The notes under the pieces were generated by a model. The model saw only the letters and a list, made by a program, of their open reading frames with translations, searched no databases and was not told the DNA's origin. DNA of 64,000 nucleotides. It comes from Myxococcales bacterium. GTDB lineage: Bacteria > Myxococcota_A > Polyangia > Polyangiales > DASUME01. The position numbers were made by a program, and so were the translations under genes. The DNA lies in NCBI GenBank assembly GCA_047601445.1, contig JASGJH010000001.1:7520001-7584000 (forward strand), written 5' to 3'. Position 1 is the stretch's first letter. The number at the start of each line of letters is the position of its first letter. Positions 47,161-57,215 of the stretch are shown here, piece by piece.

Positions 47161-49101
47161 ATGGGCCGATCCGGAAGTCGGACCGAGGACGCCGGCGAGA
47201 CCAGTTTCCGCACGCTCTGCGAAACCTGCGGAGTCGGGTTTTGGCACATCGATAAGGCTGGCCGCACCGTCTACGTGAACGCCGCCATGTGCGCGCTGCT
47301 CGAAGCGGATTCGGCGGCCGAACTCGAGGGCGTCGGATACCACCGGTTCTTCACGGAAGAGAGCCTGGTACGCATGCGCGAGGAGCACGCCAAGCGGACG
47401 ACCGGCGCGCCCTCGACCTACGAAGCGGTGCTGATCGGGTTGCGTGGCGGACGTCGCAGCGTGGTGATCTCGGGCGCTCCGCTCACGGACAGCGCCGGCG
47501 AACTGCAGGGACTGATCGGAACTTTCACGGACATCACCGCGCGCAAGCAAGCAGAACTTGCGCTGCAGGACAGCGAGAATCGGTTGCGCTCCGTTTTTGC
47601 TGCTTCCAACGATGCCATCGCCGTCGCGCGCGCCGGCGTGTTGATGATGGTCAATCCGGCACTCTTGCGCATGTTCCGCTGCATCGACGAAGACGAACTG
47701 CGCGGACACTCGGTGCTCGAACTGATTACCCCCGCTTCGCGCGAGGATGTTGCCGAGGGCGTGCGCTTGCGCGCGGAAGGCAAGCAGCAGGTCGGCCACT
47801 ACTTCACGACCGGGATTCGCCGCAATGGCGAGGAGTTCCCTCTCGAGGTTCGCGCCGCCGTCTACCAGGAGGCCGACGCGTTTTACTCGGTGGCCATCCT
47901 GCGCGACAACACCGAGCGCATGGCGCTGGAGGAGCAACTTCGGCAGTCACAAAAAATGGACGCCCTCGGCCGCCTGGCAGGCGGCGTCGCCCACGACTTC
48001 AACAACTTGTTGATGGTGATGATGGGCTGTTCGGAGATGATCCTGGCCGACCAGAGCGCGAGCGCAAAGGTTCGACACAACGCGCAGCTCACGGTGTCGA
48101 CCGGCGAGCGCGCGGTGAGTCTGACCCGTCAGTTGCTGGCCTTGAGCCGCCGCCAGGTCATCGATCCCAGAGTCATCGATCTCGACGGGGTCGTGCAGGA
48201 GATGGCGGACATGCTGCGCCGACTGCTCGGGCCCCAAATCGAGCTGGTGGTGAAGCGGGGCGACGCGACCGCGCGCGTGAAGGCCGATCCGGGGCAGATC
48301 CAGCAAGTCGTGATGAACCTTTGCGTGAACGCGCGTGACGCCATGCCTGAAGGCGGACGCATCACGCTGGAGACCGAGCACGTGCGCTTGAGTGAAGGGC
48401 AGCTGCGCTCGTTCGTGAATACGCCCGCCGGCGACTTCATCCGCCTGGCCGTCAGCGACACGGGGCATGGGATGGACGCGGCCACGCAGGAACGCCTTTT
48501 TGAGCCCTTCTTCACGACCAAGCCGCTCGGTGAGGGGACAGGACTCGGCCTCTCCACGGTCTACGGCATCGTCAAGCAGAGCGGCGGCCATATCACGGTG
48601 AACAGCTCCGTTGGCGAGGGCAGTGTGTTCTACGTGTACCTTCCGCGCGTCGACGCGCCGCTCGCGGCGCCGCCCGCGGCGCGAAGCATTCCACCAGCTC
48701 CCCACGCATCCGATCTGACCGTACTCCTGGTCGAGGACGAGGCTTCCGTTCGGGCGCTGGTCGGGACCTTTCTCGGTGCCATTGGCTACAAGGTGATCGC
48801 CGCCAGCTCGGGCGAGGAGGCGCTAAGTCTGTTTGCGCGTCGACAGGCGGTAATCAAGCTCGTGGTGACCGACATGCTCATGCCGGGCATGTCGGGCGCC
48901 GTGCTCGCCAACGAGCTCGATCGTGTGGCTCCCGGCCTGCCGATTCTGTTCGTGTCGGGCTATCCCAGAGACAGCAGCTCCACCCTCGTCACCGCGCGTC
49001 CACGCTCGGCATTTCTCGCCAAGCCGTTCACCCCGTTGCAGCTGAAGTCGCAGCTGCAGCAGCTGCTCGCTGCGGGCGCCGACGGCGGTCGGTTGGAATG
49101 A
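47161..49101 (+). CDS. Cytoplasmic PAS-PAS hybrid histidine kinase with receiver (CckA-like)
   Basis: Two PAS/PAC domains. LAGGVAHDFNNLL, NARDAM, DTGHGM, FFTTK..GEGTGLGL. Receiver LLVEDE...TDMLMPG...FLAKP. Confidence 0.95.
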   Translation: MGRSGSRTEDAGETSFRTLCETCGVGFWHIDKAGRTVYVNAAMCALLEADSAAELEGVGYHRFFTEESLVRMREEHAKRTTGAPSTYEAVLIGLRGGRRSVVISGAPLTDSAGELQGLIGTFTDITARKQAELALQDSENRLRSVFAASNDAIAVARAGVLMMVNPALLRMFRCIDEDELRGHSVLELITPASREDVAEGVRLRAEGKQQVGHYFTTGIRRNGEEFPLEVRAAVYQEADAFYSVAILRDNTERMALEEQLRQSQKMDALGRLAGGVAHDFNNLLMVMMGCSEMILADQSASAKVRHNAQLTVSTGERAVSLTRQLLALSRRQVIDPRVIDLDGVVQEMADMLRRLLGPQIELVVKRGDATARVKADPGQIQQVVMNLCVNARDAMPEGGRITLETEHVRLSEGQLRSFVNTPAGDFIRLAVSDTGHGMDAATQERLFEPFFTTKPLGEGTGLGLSTVYGIVKQSGGHITVNSSVGEGSVFYVYLPRVDAPLAAPPAARSIPPAPHASDLTVLLVEDEASVRALVGTFLGAIGYKVIAASSGEEALSLFARRQAVIKLVVTDMLMPGMSGAVLANELDRVAPGLPILFVSGYPRDSSSTLVTARPRSAFLAKPFTPLQLKSQLQQLLAAGADGGRLE

Positions 49102-49540
49102 AAGGCGCTGAAACTGACGAGCACATGAGCTGCTCTGAAGTTGGTTGGCCCATCCCTCCATTCCAACACAATCAGGTCCCGTCGGAGCATCGGCTCCCTT
49201 GCTCACGACGCACCTCACGCGTTGACAGAATGGACACGGCGCTCTGACAGGACCGACCCCCGGCTCGGCCGCGGTGACACGACGCCACCACGGCACTGGT
49301 GCAGTTGGGAATGGGTGGTTCGGCTCCCCGTGCATGAGGGCGACTTTCGCGATGTTTGAAGATCGCTCTCTGTCCTGGCACCAACCATATGGAGAGCAGC
49401 TTGCCATTGAGCAAGCTATGATCTGCTGAGCAGCCGCCAACCAAAGCCCCTTTGGGCAACCCTCTCCCCAAGACCAATAGACGCCGGTGCCGGCGAATGC
49501 GTGTAGGCGACGCGTAGTTGGTTGGACAGCGGATCTAGAA

Positions 49541-49939
49541 ATGAGTCACGACTGCCATCGGAACTCGGACCTAGCAACATCCATCCTGCTGGTTGACGAT
49601 GACCCAGCGGTGCTGGATGCGACGCGGGCGATGCTAGATGACCTCGGATTCGAGGTGCATGCATGTCTTGGTGGAGCTGCCGCGCTCGAGGTCATCAAGG
49701 ACGCGTCCGTCCGCATTGATGCGCTCGTCAGCGATGTGGTCATGCCAGGACTCGACGGGCTCGCGCTCACGGACCTCATCGAAGTACTTCGACCGGGTAC
49801 ACCGACCATCCTCATGTCGGGTTATCCCTTCGATGGCTTGGCCGCGAAGCATCGACAGGTCGCGGTGCACTTTCTGCGTAAACCCTTTCGCATTGTCGAA
49901 CTGATCGAAGCGTTGGATCAAGCGTGTCCTACTCGCTAG
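49541..49939 (+). CDS. Single-domain response regulator
   Basis: ILLVDDD, LVSDVVMPG, ILMSGY, FLRKPF. Confidence 0.9.
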   Translation: MSHDCHRNSDLATSILLVDDDPAVLDATRAMLDDLGFEVHACLGGAAALEVIKDASVRIDALVSDVVMPGLDGLALTDLIEVLRPGTPTILMSGYPFDGLAAKHRQVAVHFLRKPFRIVELIEALDQACPTR

Positions 49940-49991
49940 CTTCCTGGCTTGCTCCGAGCTCTCGCGAACTCGAGGTCGTGTATCGACCGAG

Positions 49992-51311
49992 CTATGCCTT
50001 CTTTCCCGCGGCCGGTAACAGGATGACGAAATCAGTGCCAACGCCCTCGGTGCTGGTTGCGCGTATGCTTCCGCCGAGTCTTCTTATGATGCCGTAACAG
50101 GTTGAGAGTCCCAAGCCTGTCCCTTTGCCCTCGGCTTTCGTCGTGAAAAATGGCTCGAAGAGACGAGAAATCACGTGGGGTGGCATGCCCGTGCCCGTAT
50201 CACGCACCTTGATCTCGAGCCATCGCCCCCGGTGCGCTCGGTCGTCCTCCACGGCTTCGGCGCGCTCTCGTGCTTGAAGGTACAACGTACCGCCGTTCGG
50301 CATCGCGTCGCGCGCATTGATCGCAAGATTCAGGAGGACCTGCTCGACGTGCGTTGAACCCGCGATGATCGAAGGAAGCTCGCTCGGGATACCTACCTCC
50401 AGCCGTACGCTCGGGCCGAGCACGCGCGGAAGAAGATCGGCTAGGGCACACAAAGTGGCGCGCGAATCTATGATCGAGAGCTGCTCCGCTTCTTTGCGAG
50501 AGAATGCTAGGAGGCGCTTCGTAAGCTGGGTGGCATCCGCCGCTGCCTTGTCTGCTGCCTTGAGAATTTCGCTGGTGTGGCCAGCGAGGTTCTCGTTCAA
50601 CGAGGCTATCTGGATTGCCCCTTGGATCACCGTTAGCAGGTTGTTGAAGTCGTGCGCTACAGCTGCCGCCATGCGCCCGAGGGCGTCCATCTTCTGCGCC
50701 TGCTGGAGCTGTGATTCCAAAGCAACGGCCTGGCGTTCGCGGGTCACAACCTGCTTGAGCGCTCGCCTCGCGTTTCGGACCTGGATAGCCGAAAGGATTG
50801 CGGTTACCACGCATAGCGCAAGTCCATAGGTTGTTGCCGTCCCCCATGTTGCCGGGAGCTGCACTTCGTTGCGCGACACGACGCCCATCGCGATGACCGC
50901 GCCAGCGTTCAAGAAGGCGCTCACGATGACTCCCCGCAGTGGCAGCGTCGCCCCCGCCACGAACAAGGAGAACCCGACGAACGCAGGTCCCGGACCGATC
51001 TGTCGGTTGGCCGCCACTGCGGCGAAAACGGCTCCGGTCACGAGACAATTCAAGAGCACGGCCACCATTTGGCCGCGGCGTTCGTCCGTGGCCATGCGGT
51101 GCACGGCCGCGAACAACGGGGCGGCGAGCAGCGGCACGACCACCACTCGTGTGTCCATCCCGACCAAGAGGAGCGAAGCCGCGAGGACCAACGTAACGCA
51201 GGCAAATGCCAAGGCGATGGCGCGCACGTTGCGAACCCGGCGTCGACGATCGAGACGTTCGACCCGCGCGCGTACGTCATCGAGCTCTAGCGAGCTAGTT
51301 AGCGAGGCCAT
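49992..51311 (-). CDS. Membrane-bound sensor histidine kinase
   Basis: About 5-6 TM segments. VAHDFNNLL, NARDAM, DTGTGM, FFTTK..GKGTGLGL. Start is uncertain. Confidence 0.9.
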   Translation of the reverse strand: MASLTSSLELDDVRARVERLDRRRRVRNVRAIALAFACVTLVLAASLLLVGMDTRVVVVPLLAAPLFAAVHRMATDERRGQMVAVLLNCLVTGAVFAAVAANRQIGPGPAFVGFSLFVAGATLPLRGVIVSAFLNAGAVIAMGVVSRNEVQLPATWGTATTYGLALCVVTAILSAIQVRNARRALKQVVTRERQAVALESQLQQAQKMDALGRMAAAVAHDFNNLLTVIQGAIQIASLNENLAGHTSEILKAADKAAADATQLTKRLLAFSRKEAEQLSIIDSRATLCALADLLPRVLGPSVRLEVGIPSELPSIIAGSTHVEQVLLNLAINARDAMPNGGTLYLQARERAEAVEDDRAHRGRWLEIKVRDTGTGMPPHVISRLFEPFFTTKAEGKGTGLGLSTCYGIIRRLGGSIRATSTEGVGTDFVILLPAAGKKA

Positions 51312-51673
51312 GCTAGAGGCCGAGCCAGGTGGATGCACCCATTTTGCACGAGGTTCGACGGATGCTTCACCGTCCACCGATGCATATCAAGTGTCAGCAT
51401 ACTGCTTGCGGCGGGCCGGTCTCTCTTCTCCGGCATCAAGGAAACAGCGGCCGCCTTCGAGCGCTGCACGGGTCCAACCATTGACGAGGGGGCAGCATGC
51501 AGGAGAGCGCTCCCGGGCACTTGCTAGGTCGCCTGACGACGGGCGGTCAATGTTCGTGGCCATCGCAGTCACTCCCGTCGAGCACGCGACCAGGAGCGAC
51601 GCAGGAGAGGAATCCGCGATATCCGTCCCAACGTTTTTCGCCAAGGATCGCCGATGCCGCCGCAGTAAAGGGA

Positions 51674-52498
51674 ATGTCGCGGTTCAAGCAATACCTTGGT
51701 TCGGCGCTCATCGCGCTGCTGTTCGCCGGCTGCACCGAAGATGTGCCTCTGCCGCCAGGGATCTCGGGAGACGCGAGTTCCGAAGCGAATGGTGATGGCG
51801 ATGGCGATGGCGACGCGGACGCAGGTTGCGACGAGAACTCCGCACAGACCTGTGACTGCGACGGCGGAGCCACCGGTATTGCGGTCTGTTCGAATGGCCA
51901 CTTGGGCGCTTGCACGGCCTGTGTTGCCGAATCGACTGGTTCGAGCCGCTGCGTCCCCGGCACGTATGTGGGCCACTCAATGGGCACCTACAGCGGCGGC
52001 GGAGCTTTCTGGGGTCTTATTCCAGGCTGGAATGTGAACACCAAGAACGGCATCGTCTTGCGACTCAGCAATGCCGACGAGGGCAGCGAGTTCTCCGAGG
52101 TGAATAGCGGCTGCCTCGAGGCAAGGCTGCCCGACGGCGGCTTGGACACCACGGCGGGTGGCCTGCTCACGGGCACAGTGGACTGCAGCACAGGTCGTCT
52201 GGATGCGGTACTGCGGAACTACGGCGAACGCCCGACCGGGCTCACCTTGGCGCTAGAACGATGGTACGCGCGAGGCGTGGTGCACGCGACCTACGATCCC
52301 GCCACGCACTCCTTCAATGGAACATGGGAGCAGCACGAGCCGCCCGACGCGTTCAACATGGTCGCTGGCGGAAGCGGGACCCTGACTATCGCGGAGGCGG
52401 ATGCTGGAGTTTCGGACGAAGGGCGGAAGGGCACGACCTTCGAGGAGTGCTGGGGCTTCGCGTTTCCTGATGAAAAGTTTCCCGACGCCGGCCCCTAG
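51674..52498 (+). CDS. Cys-rich hypothetical lipoprotein
   Basis: FAGC lipobox, GDGDGD linker and multiple Cys pairs (CDC, CTAC, CVPGTYVG). Confidence 0.8.
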   Translation: MSRFKQYLGSALIALLFAGCTEDVPLPPGISGDASSEANGDGDGDGDADAGCDENSAQTCDCDGGATGIAVCSNGHLGACTACVAESTGSSRCVPGTYVGHSMGTYSGGGAFWGLIPGWNVNTKNGIVLRLSNADEGSEFSEVNSGCLEARLPDGGLDTTAGGLLTGTVDCSTGRLDAVLRNYGERPTGLTLALERWYARGVVHATYDPATHSFNGTWEQHEPPDAFNMVAGGSGTLTIAEADAGVSDEGRKGTTFEECWGFAFPDEKFPDAGP

Positions 52499-53175
52499 AA
52501 CGAAACGACCAGAGCCAACGTTGAAGGCCTTGCCAAAGAAAGGCTTCATCAGAGGCCAGTTTTGCACCCACCGTCATCCTTTGTTTCAACCGCCCCGCCC
52601 CGTGTCGCCACAATCACGTCGCTTGTCTGAGTTCACGATCAGCCATCCAACCATAGCGAAGGACGAACCGCTCACCTTCCGGCGATTCCTGCCCGGCAGA
52701 GCCGGACTCAGTGTGCAGGTTTACATTTGGCCGGACCTTTGCCTGGTCGTTCGCCAAGTTGCGGATAAGCGAGTAGTTCTAACCGGTCGCTACCAGCGTG
52801 GGCGGATTACCTGGGATCAAGAGCCATCCTCCAAAGTCTCGGAAACGGCCCAGGAGATCATCGGTGCCGACGTGAGTGATGCACTGCAGATTTTCCATCA
52901 GCGCTGCGTAGACCCTCGCCTATGGACCTCGGTCCAAGCCGCTCTCGTTCAACTGTAGTGCGCCAATGGCATCGGGATGCCTTGGGCGCTCGCGATAGCG
53001 AGCCTCACGGTGCGGCACGCTGTTGCCTGCGTGCCATCAGCCGTGCGCGCCAGCATGCGCGAAGTGCCCGTTTCAGCGCCGTTTCGCGGTGCAATTTCTC
53101 TGACTGAGGAGGCCGTTCCCGTGGAAGGATCTGGCCAGGTCAAAGTCGCAAAGACAGAATGCCTAGCGCTCCTCA

Positions 53176-53580
53176 TTGGGGAGCTACAGGAGTAAATCGC
53201 CGGTGCGAACTCAAAGTCTTGCAGAACGGAAATTCGCCACCGCCATCGAGTGTCTCGCGACCGGAACGGGCACCATTCAAGAGCGCTTGCAAACCGCCTG
53301 CACTTGCCTGGTCGGACTGGGGCATGCGGACATACCACTCGTCGTCCGCGATAGGTGGAAGTCCATCGCAGGTCGCAGCGCGACCTGCGGTGAGCTTTCC
53401 AGTCGCGAGGCGCGCGAGCTCGCCATCTTGTTTGTGGAGGTCGCGCGCGAACTTGCATTCGTCCACCTGGCACAACCCGACGAGAATCATGCGACTGTCA
53501 CGACTGGAGATGAAAGCAAGGAGCCGGCGATGCAGGCCAGGTCGACGGCACGTCTCAAGAGGGACCCGGCCAAGGGGTAG
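53176..53580 (+). CDS. Hypothetical small helical protein
   Basis: Amphipathic, protein-like ORF (KFATAIECLATG.G.IQERL..A). Start is uncertain. Confidence 0.4.
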   Translation: MGSYRSKSPVRTQSLAERKFATAIECLATGTGTIQERLQTACTCLVGLGHADIPLVVRDRWKSIAGRSATCGELSSREARELAILFVEVARELAFVHLAQPDENHATVTTGDESKEPAMQARSTARLKRDPAKG

Positions 53581-53598
53581 GCGGGCCAGCCGACGGGT

Positions 53599-53883
53599 TT
53601 ACCTTCGTGGAGGTCCCGGATCGCTGGTTGCGGAGGTGTACTTGCCGATCAGGATGCCGACGAGCGTCTCGTCGTAGGCGCGTTCGAGGTCGGCGGACTT
53701 GAAGCCAGTGATGAAGGCCACCGCGATGCCGAGCACCGCAAGCGGCGGCCAGGGCAACACGGCGACGTCTACTCCGAACCGGTGGAGAATCAGGGGGAGC
53801 GAGCCCAGCCCTACGAGGTAAGCGATGTCACGCCTGGTCCAAGCCAGGATCTCCCGCAAACTGCAGTGCCGACCCGCAGGCAT
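53599..53883 (-). pseudogene. Truncated bestrophin-family channel (N-terminal ~60 aa only)
   Basis: MPAGRHCSLREILAWTRRDI...LPWPPLAVLGIAVAFITGFK resembles bacterial bestrophin N-termini, then diverges and stops. Confidence 0.55.
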
Positions 53884-53886
53884 CGC

Positions 53887-54147
53887 TCAGTGCCACTTCC
53901 ACCAGAGCGCGAGCGCGATGGCAGCTGGCACCGCGAACACGACCAGAAAGACTGGCGCTTCGTCCGCTACGCTGTAGCCCGCGCGCTTCACGCCGATGTA
54001 CATGTTGATGGAGGCTCCGATGAACCACAGCGGCAGGAATGCCACGAGCGCGCGCATCATTCCGCTGTGGCCACCGACGATCCGTCCCAGCCCCGCCGCG
54101 AACGCGAGCACCAGGAGTCCAGTTCCAATGATGGCGAGGGTATGCAT
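53887..54147 (-). CDS. Small three-TM membrane protein
   Basis: MHTLAII...FLPLW....NMYIGV..AGYSV.DE.PVF. AGAGG RBS. Confidence 0.75.
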   Translation of the reverse strand: MHTLAIIGTGLLVLAFAAGLGRIVGGHSGMMRALVAFLPLWFIGASINMYIGVKRAGYSVADEAPVFLVVFAVPAAIALALWWKWH

Positions 54148-54160
54148 GGTCGCCCGGCCT

Positions 54161-54481
54161 CTACTGCGCTTGTCCGATGTCAAGGCGACGGATCTTGCCA
54201 GCGGGGGAGAGCTTGAAGCGAAAGAATGTCCTGAAGTTTCCCCACTGGTCGGAGTGGAATGCGCCGACGACTTCGAGCCCGTCGTCGCTCACGCTTTCGA
54301 TGCTGGTGAAGCGCTCGTGCCCGAGTGCCTGCTCAATGAACTCTCGGAGACTGCGCGGACTACCATCGTCGTATAGAGTCGCGTCGGGCTCAAATTGGGA
54401 ATCCCATGTGGCCCGGTCGCCCCGCTCGAGGGCGTCGATGGTGGCTCTCACGATCGGGTTCTTCAAGCGTTCGGAACTCAT
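54161..54481 (-). CDS. SnoaL/NTF2-like protein
   Basis: VRA.IDAL..GD...W...F..DA.L.DDG...G.FHSDQWG.F...F.F....GKI.RLDIGQA. GGAG RBS. Confidence 0.85.
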   Translation of the reverse strand: MSSERLKNPIVRATIDALERGDRATWDSQFEPDATLYDDGSPRSLREFIEQALGHERFTSIESVSDDGLEVVGAFHSDQWGNFRTFFRFKLSPAGKIRRLDIGQAQ

Positions 54482-54635
54482 GTGCTGTTCTCCGAGTCAT
54501 GTGGAGATGCGAAGCATTCGCGAACGGGAGTCCTCCCTGCTCGGTCGGATGAACCCCTCGCTGACTTTGAGCTTGCGCAAACGAATACCTAGCTCGCAGG
54601 AGGCAGGCCCGGAAGCGCATGGTGACCCGACACTG

Positions 54636-54654
54636 TGTTTAGGTTCCCTAAACA
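54636..54654. promoter_or_regulatory. Putative LysR operator (T-N11-A dyad)
   Basis: TGTTTAGG-TTC-CCTAAACA, a perfect 8-bp inverted repeat directly after the LysR stop and upstream of the SnoaL-like gene. Confidence 0.65.
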
Positions 54655-54655
54655 A

Positions 54656-55618
54656 TCAGCGGCGGTGAGGGCCGCGCGCGCGTCGACCTGGCGAGGTGCG
54701 CGTCGGTGAGGCATCTGGATCCAGCATCCCATGGCGCTCGAAGAGCGTGCTGGCCCAGTTGGCAAAAGCCACCAAACGTACGGGCACTTGTCGACGACTC
54801 GGGTAGACCAATGAAACGGCGAGAGGCGGCGGTGCATGTCGTGTCAGGATCGGAAGGAGCGCTCCTGATTCCAAGTGATGACGAACGTCATAGGCGGGGA
54901 TCTGAATGATCCCAAGGCCTGCCAAGCAGGCCGCGACGTAGGTTTCTGCGTTGTCGACGGTCACCACGCTACGGGCTGGAATCGAACGCTCATCGCCAGC
55001 GACGACATAGTCCCAGCTGGTCGTGCCAGAGAACGACGGCGAGTAGGCAACGATGAGGTGATCCTTCAGGTCACTCAAACTCGCCGGCCTCCCGAAGCGG
55101 GCGACGTACGAGGGGCTTGCGCAGTTAATCTGTGTCATCAAGCCCAACGAACGTACGATGTGGCTCGAGTCTCGCAGGGGACCGACCCGCACCACCGCGT
55201 CGACCCCCTTCTCGACCAGGTTGACCGTGCGATCGGAAGCGCCGAGATACACCTCGAGCGCGGGGTTCTGAGCGAGAAACTCGGGGAGTGCAGGAATGAT
55301 CACGCGACGCGCGATTCTGGTGGGGACGTCGATCGCGAGACGCCCCGCCACGCGCGGTGATGCCTCGCGGAACAATAGCTCGGCCGCCTCGACCCGCGAA
55401 AGTATCTCTCTCGCGCGCTCCAGGTACAGGCGTCCTTCCGCCGTGAGACTGACGCTGCGAGTCGTGCGCTGGACCAACCGCACTCCGAGCTGCTCCTCGA
55501 GCTGCTGCAGCGCTATGGAAACGGTAGCTCGGGACACCCCTAGCGAGGCGGCTGCTTTGGTGAAGCTAGAGGTCTCGGCTACCTGCGCGAAGATCGACAT
55601 TAGGTTGAGACGGTCCAT
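54656..55618 (-). CDS. LysR-family regulator (CrgA/DmlR-like)
   Basis: MDRL..M..F..V....SFTKAA..LG, LGVRL..RTTRSVSLT.EG, VDAVVRVG.L.DS. Confidence 0.93.
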   Translation of the reverse strand: MDRLNLMSIFAQVAETSSFTKAAASLGVSRATVSIALQQLEEQLGVRLVQRTTRSVSLTAEGRLYLERAREILSRVEAAELLFREASPRVAGRLAIDVPTRIARRVIIPALPEFLAQNPALEVYLGASDRTVNLVEKGVDAVVRVGPLRDSSHIVRSLGLMTQINCASPSYVARFGRPASLSDLKDHLIVAYSPSFSGTTSWDYVVAGDERSIPARSVVTVDNAETYVAACLAGLGIIQIPAYDVRHHLESGALLPILTRHAPPPLAVSLVYPSRRQVPVRLVAFANWASTLFERHGMLDPDASPTRTSPGRRARGPHRR

Positions 55619-55769
55619 CTGTTTGAGAACGTAGCCGATCGTCGGGCCTCCCAAAACGTGTGTCCACGCTCGCGCGCGCCAGGTCGCGGCACGGGCTGGT
55701 CTTGTTGTTGGACCAATGCGGCGCAACCTTGGTCGGGCCTTTACCTGTCCACCGCTCGGTAGCACTTCA

Positions 55770-56110
55770 GGAATGCGAGCCGAGATGTTCGGCTGCGCCA
55801 TGCGTACCGCGGCCCGGGTCGTGCTCCGCATGATCCCGCCTACATGTATAGCTTCGAGATTCCTCCCGCTGCCCACGCCCAGGAGCTCGACTACGTCTTC
55901 GGCTGGCCCAGCGGCGAGCTCTCCAAGAGCTATTCCGAGGCTCCGTTTCCGTTGCCTCAGAACATGGTCGATGCAATCCAGAGTTACTGGGCAAACTTCG
56001 TCGCGACCGGGAACCCCAACGGCCCCGGACTACCTGCCTGGCCTCGCTACACGAACGAAGGCAACCGCCAGATGGTGCTCGGACTGACGTTCGTGAGGGG
56101 ACCGCCCTAA
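55770..56110 (+). pseudogene. C-terminal remnant of a type-B carboxylesterase
   Basis: AEMFGCAMRTAAR (one frame), then AYMYSF...AAHAQELDYVFG...YWANF..TGNPNGPGLPAWPRY (another frame). No N-terminal GESAG region. Confidence 0.75.
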
Positions 56111-56174
56111 CCGGCGATGACTGCGGCGTCTGGGATGAGTATGCGTCTCGACCGTGACAGCGTGACACCCGCCG

Positions 56175-57116
56175 CTACATGCGCACGACTAGCTTGCCTC
56201 GCGCGCGCCGCGTCTCGAGGTGCTGCATGGCTTCGATCAGCTCGTCGCGCGCGTAGACGCGCTCGATGGAGGGGCGCAGCGATCCGTCATCGAGCCAGCT
56301 CGCCAGCAGCGCGAGATCACGCTGACGCGACCGCACGGCCGTCAAGCGAGTGCGCGGACCGGACACCACGCCGCGCGCGATGTCGCCCACGATGCCCGCC
56401 GATGGAACGAGCGACACGAATCGGCCGCCCGGAGCGAGCACCGGCCGCAGGGCATCTGCGCGGGCCTTGCCAAAGCAGTCGAGGACGAGATCGTAGGGGC
56501 CGTCTCCGAGCGCGCGCTGCGAAGCGTAGTCCAGCACTTGATCGGCGCCGAGCGACACCAGGAGTTCGCGATTGCGCACGCTCGCCGAAGCCGCCACCGT
56601 GGCGCCGAGCTTCTTTGCGAGTTGCACGGCAAAGCTGCCTACACCGCCAGAAGCACCGATCACCAGCACGCGCTCGCCGCGCTGAAGCTTTCCGTCATCA
56701 CGCAGCGCCTGCAGGGCCGTGGAGCCTGCGAGCCCCGTCGCCGCCGCGTCCTCGGCGCTGACGCGATCCGCGACAACCGCGACCTCGCCCTGCGTGACCA
56801 CGACGCGGTCGACCAAGGAGCCGCGCAGGGCGCGAAAGCCACCGAAGAAGCCGAACACTCGCTTGCCGAGCCGCTCGTTCGGTACACCCGGTCCCACTGC
56901 CGTTACGCGGCCCGCAAAGTCGAGACCCAGGCGCTTGGGAAACTGCTTGCCCGACAGCAGAGCGTACTTGCCCTTGCGTACGAGCACGTCCTTCGGGTTG
57001 AGCGCCGCGGCTTCGACCGCCACCAGCATTTCGGCTGGCCCGCAGCGAGGCTCCTCGATGTCCTCCCAGTGCGCTACGTCAGCGGGGCCATACTTGCGGT
57101 AAACGACTGCCTTCAT
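56175..57116 (-). CDS. NAD(P)-dependent MDR oxidoreductase (zinc-free, quinone-reductase-like)
   Basis: MKAVVY..YG, AALNPKD, G.DFAG.V, VLVIGASGGVGSFAVQLAK, RARGKLV. Confidence 0.92.
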   Translation of the reverse strand: MKAVVYRKYGPADVAHWEDIEEPRCGPAEMLVAVEAAALNPKDVLVRKGKYALLSGKQFPKRLGLDFAGRVTAVGPGVPNERLGKRVFGFFGGFRALRGSLVDRVVVTQGEVAVVADRVSAEDAAATGLAGSTALQALRDDGKLQRGERVLVIGASGGVGSFAVQLAKKLGATVAASASVRNRELLVSLGADQVLDYASQRALGDGPYDLVLDCFGKARADALRPVLAPGGRFVSLVPSAGIVGDIARGVVSGPRTRLTAVRSRQRDLALLASWLDDGSLRPSIERVYARDELIEAMQHLETRRARGKLVVRM

Positions 57117-57215
57117 CTCCGTCCGTCCATGGGCCACCATTTTCGTCCCGACCGCGAGATGACGCAAGGTCATGTCCGTCAGGACATCCCGCGGATGCGA
57201 ACGGCTTCGGAGAGT

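Noticed and set aside
52401..52958. Possible small gene downstream of the Cys-rich lipoprotein
   Set aside because: The C-terminal part is protein-like, but there is no clear start, RBS or family motif.
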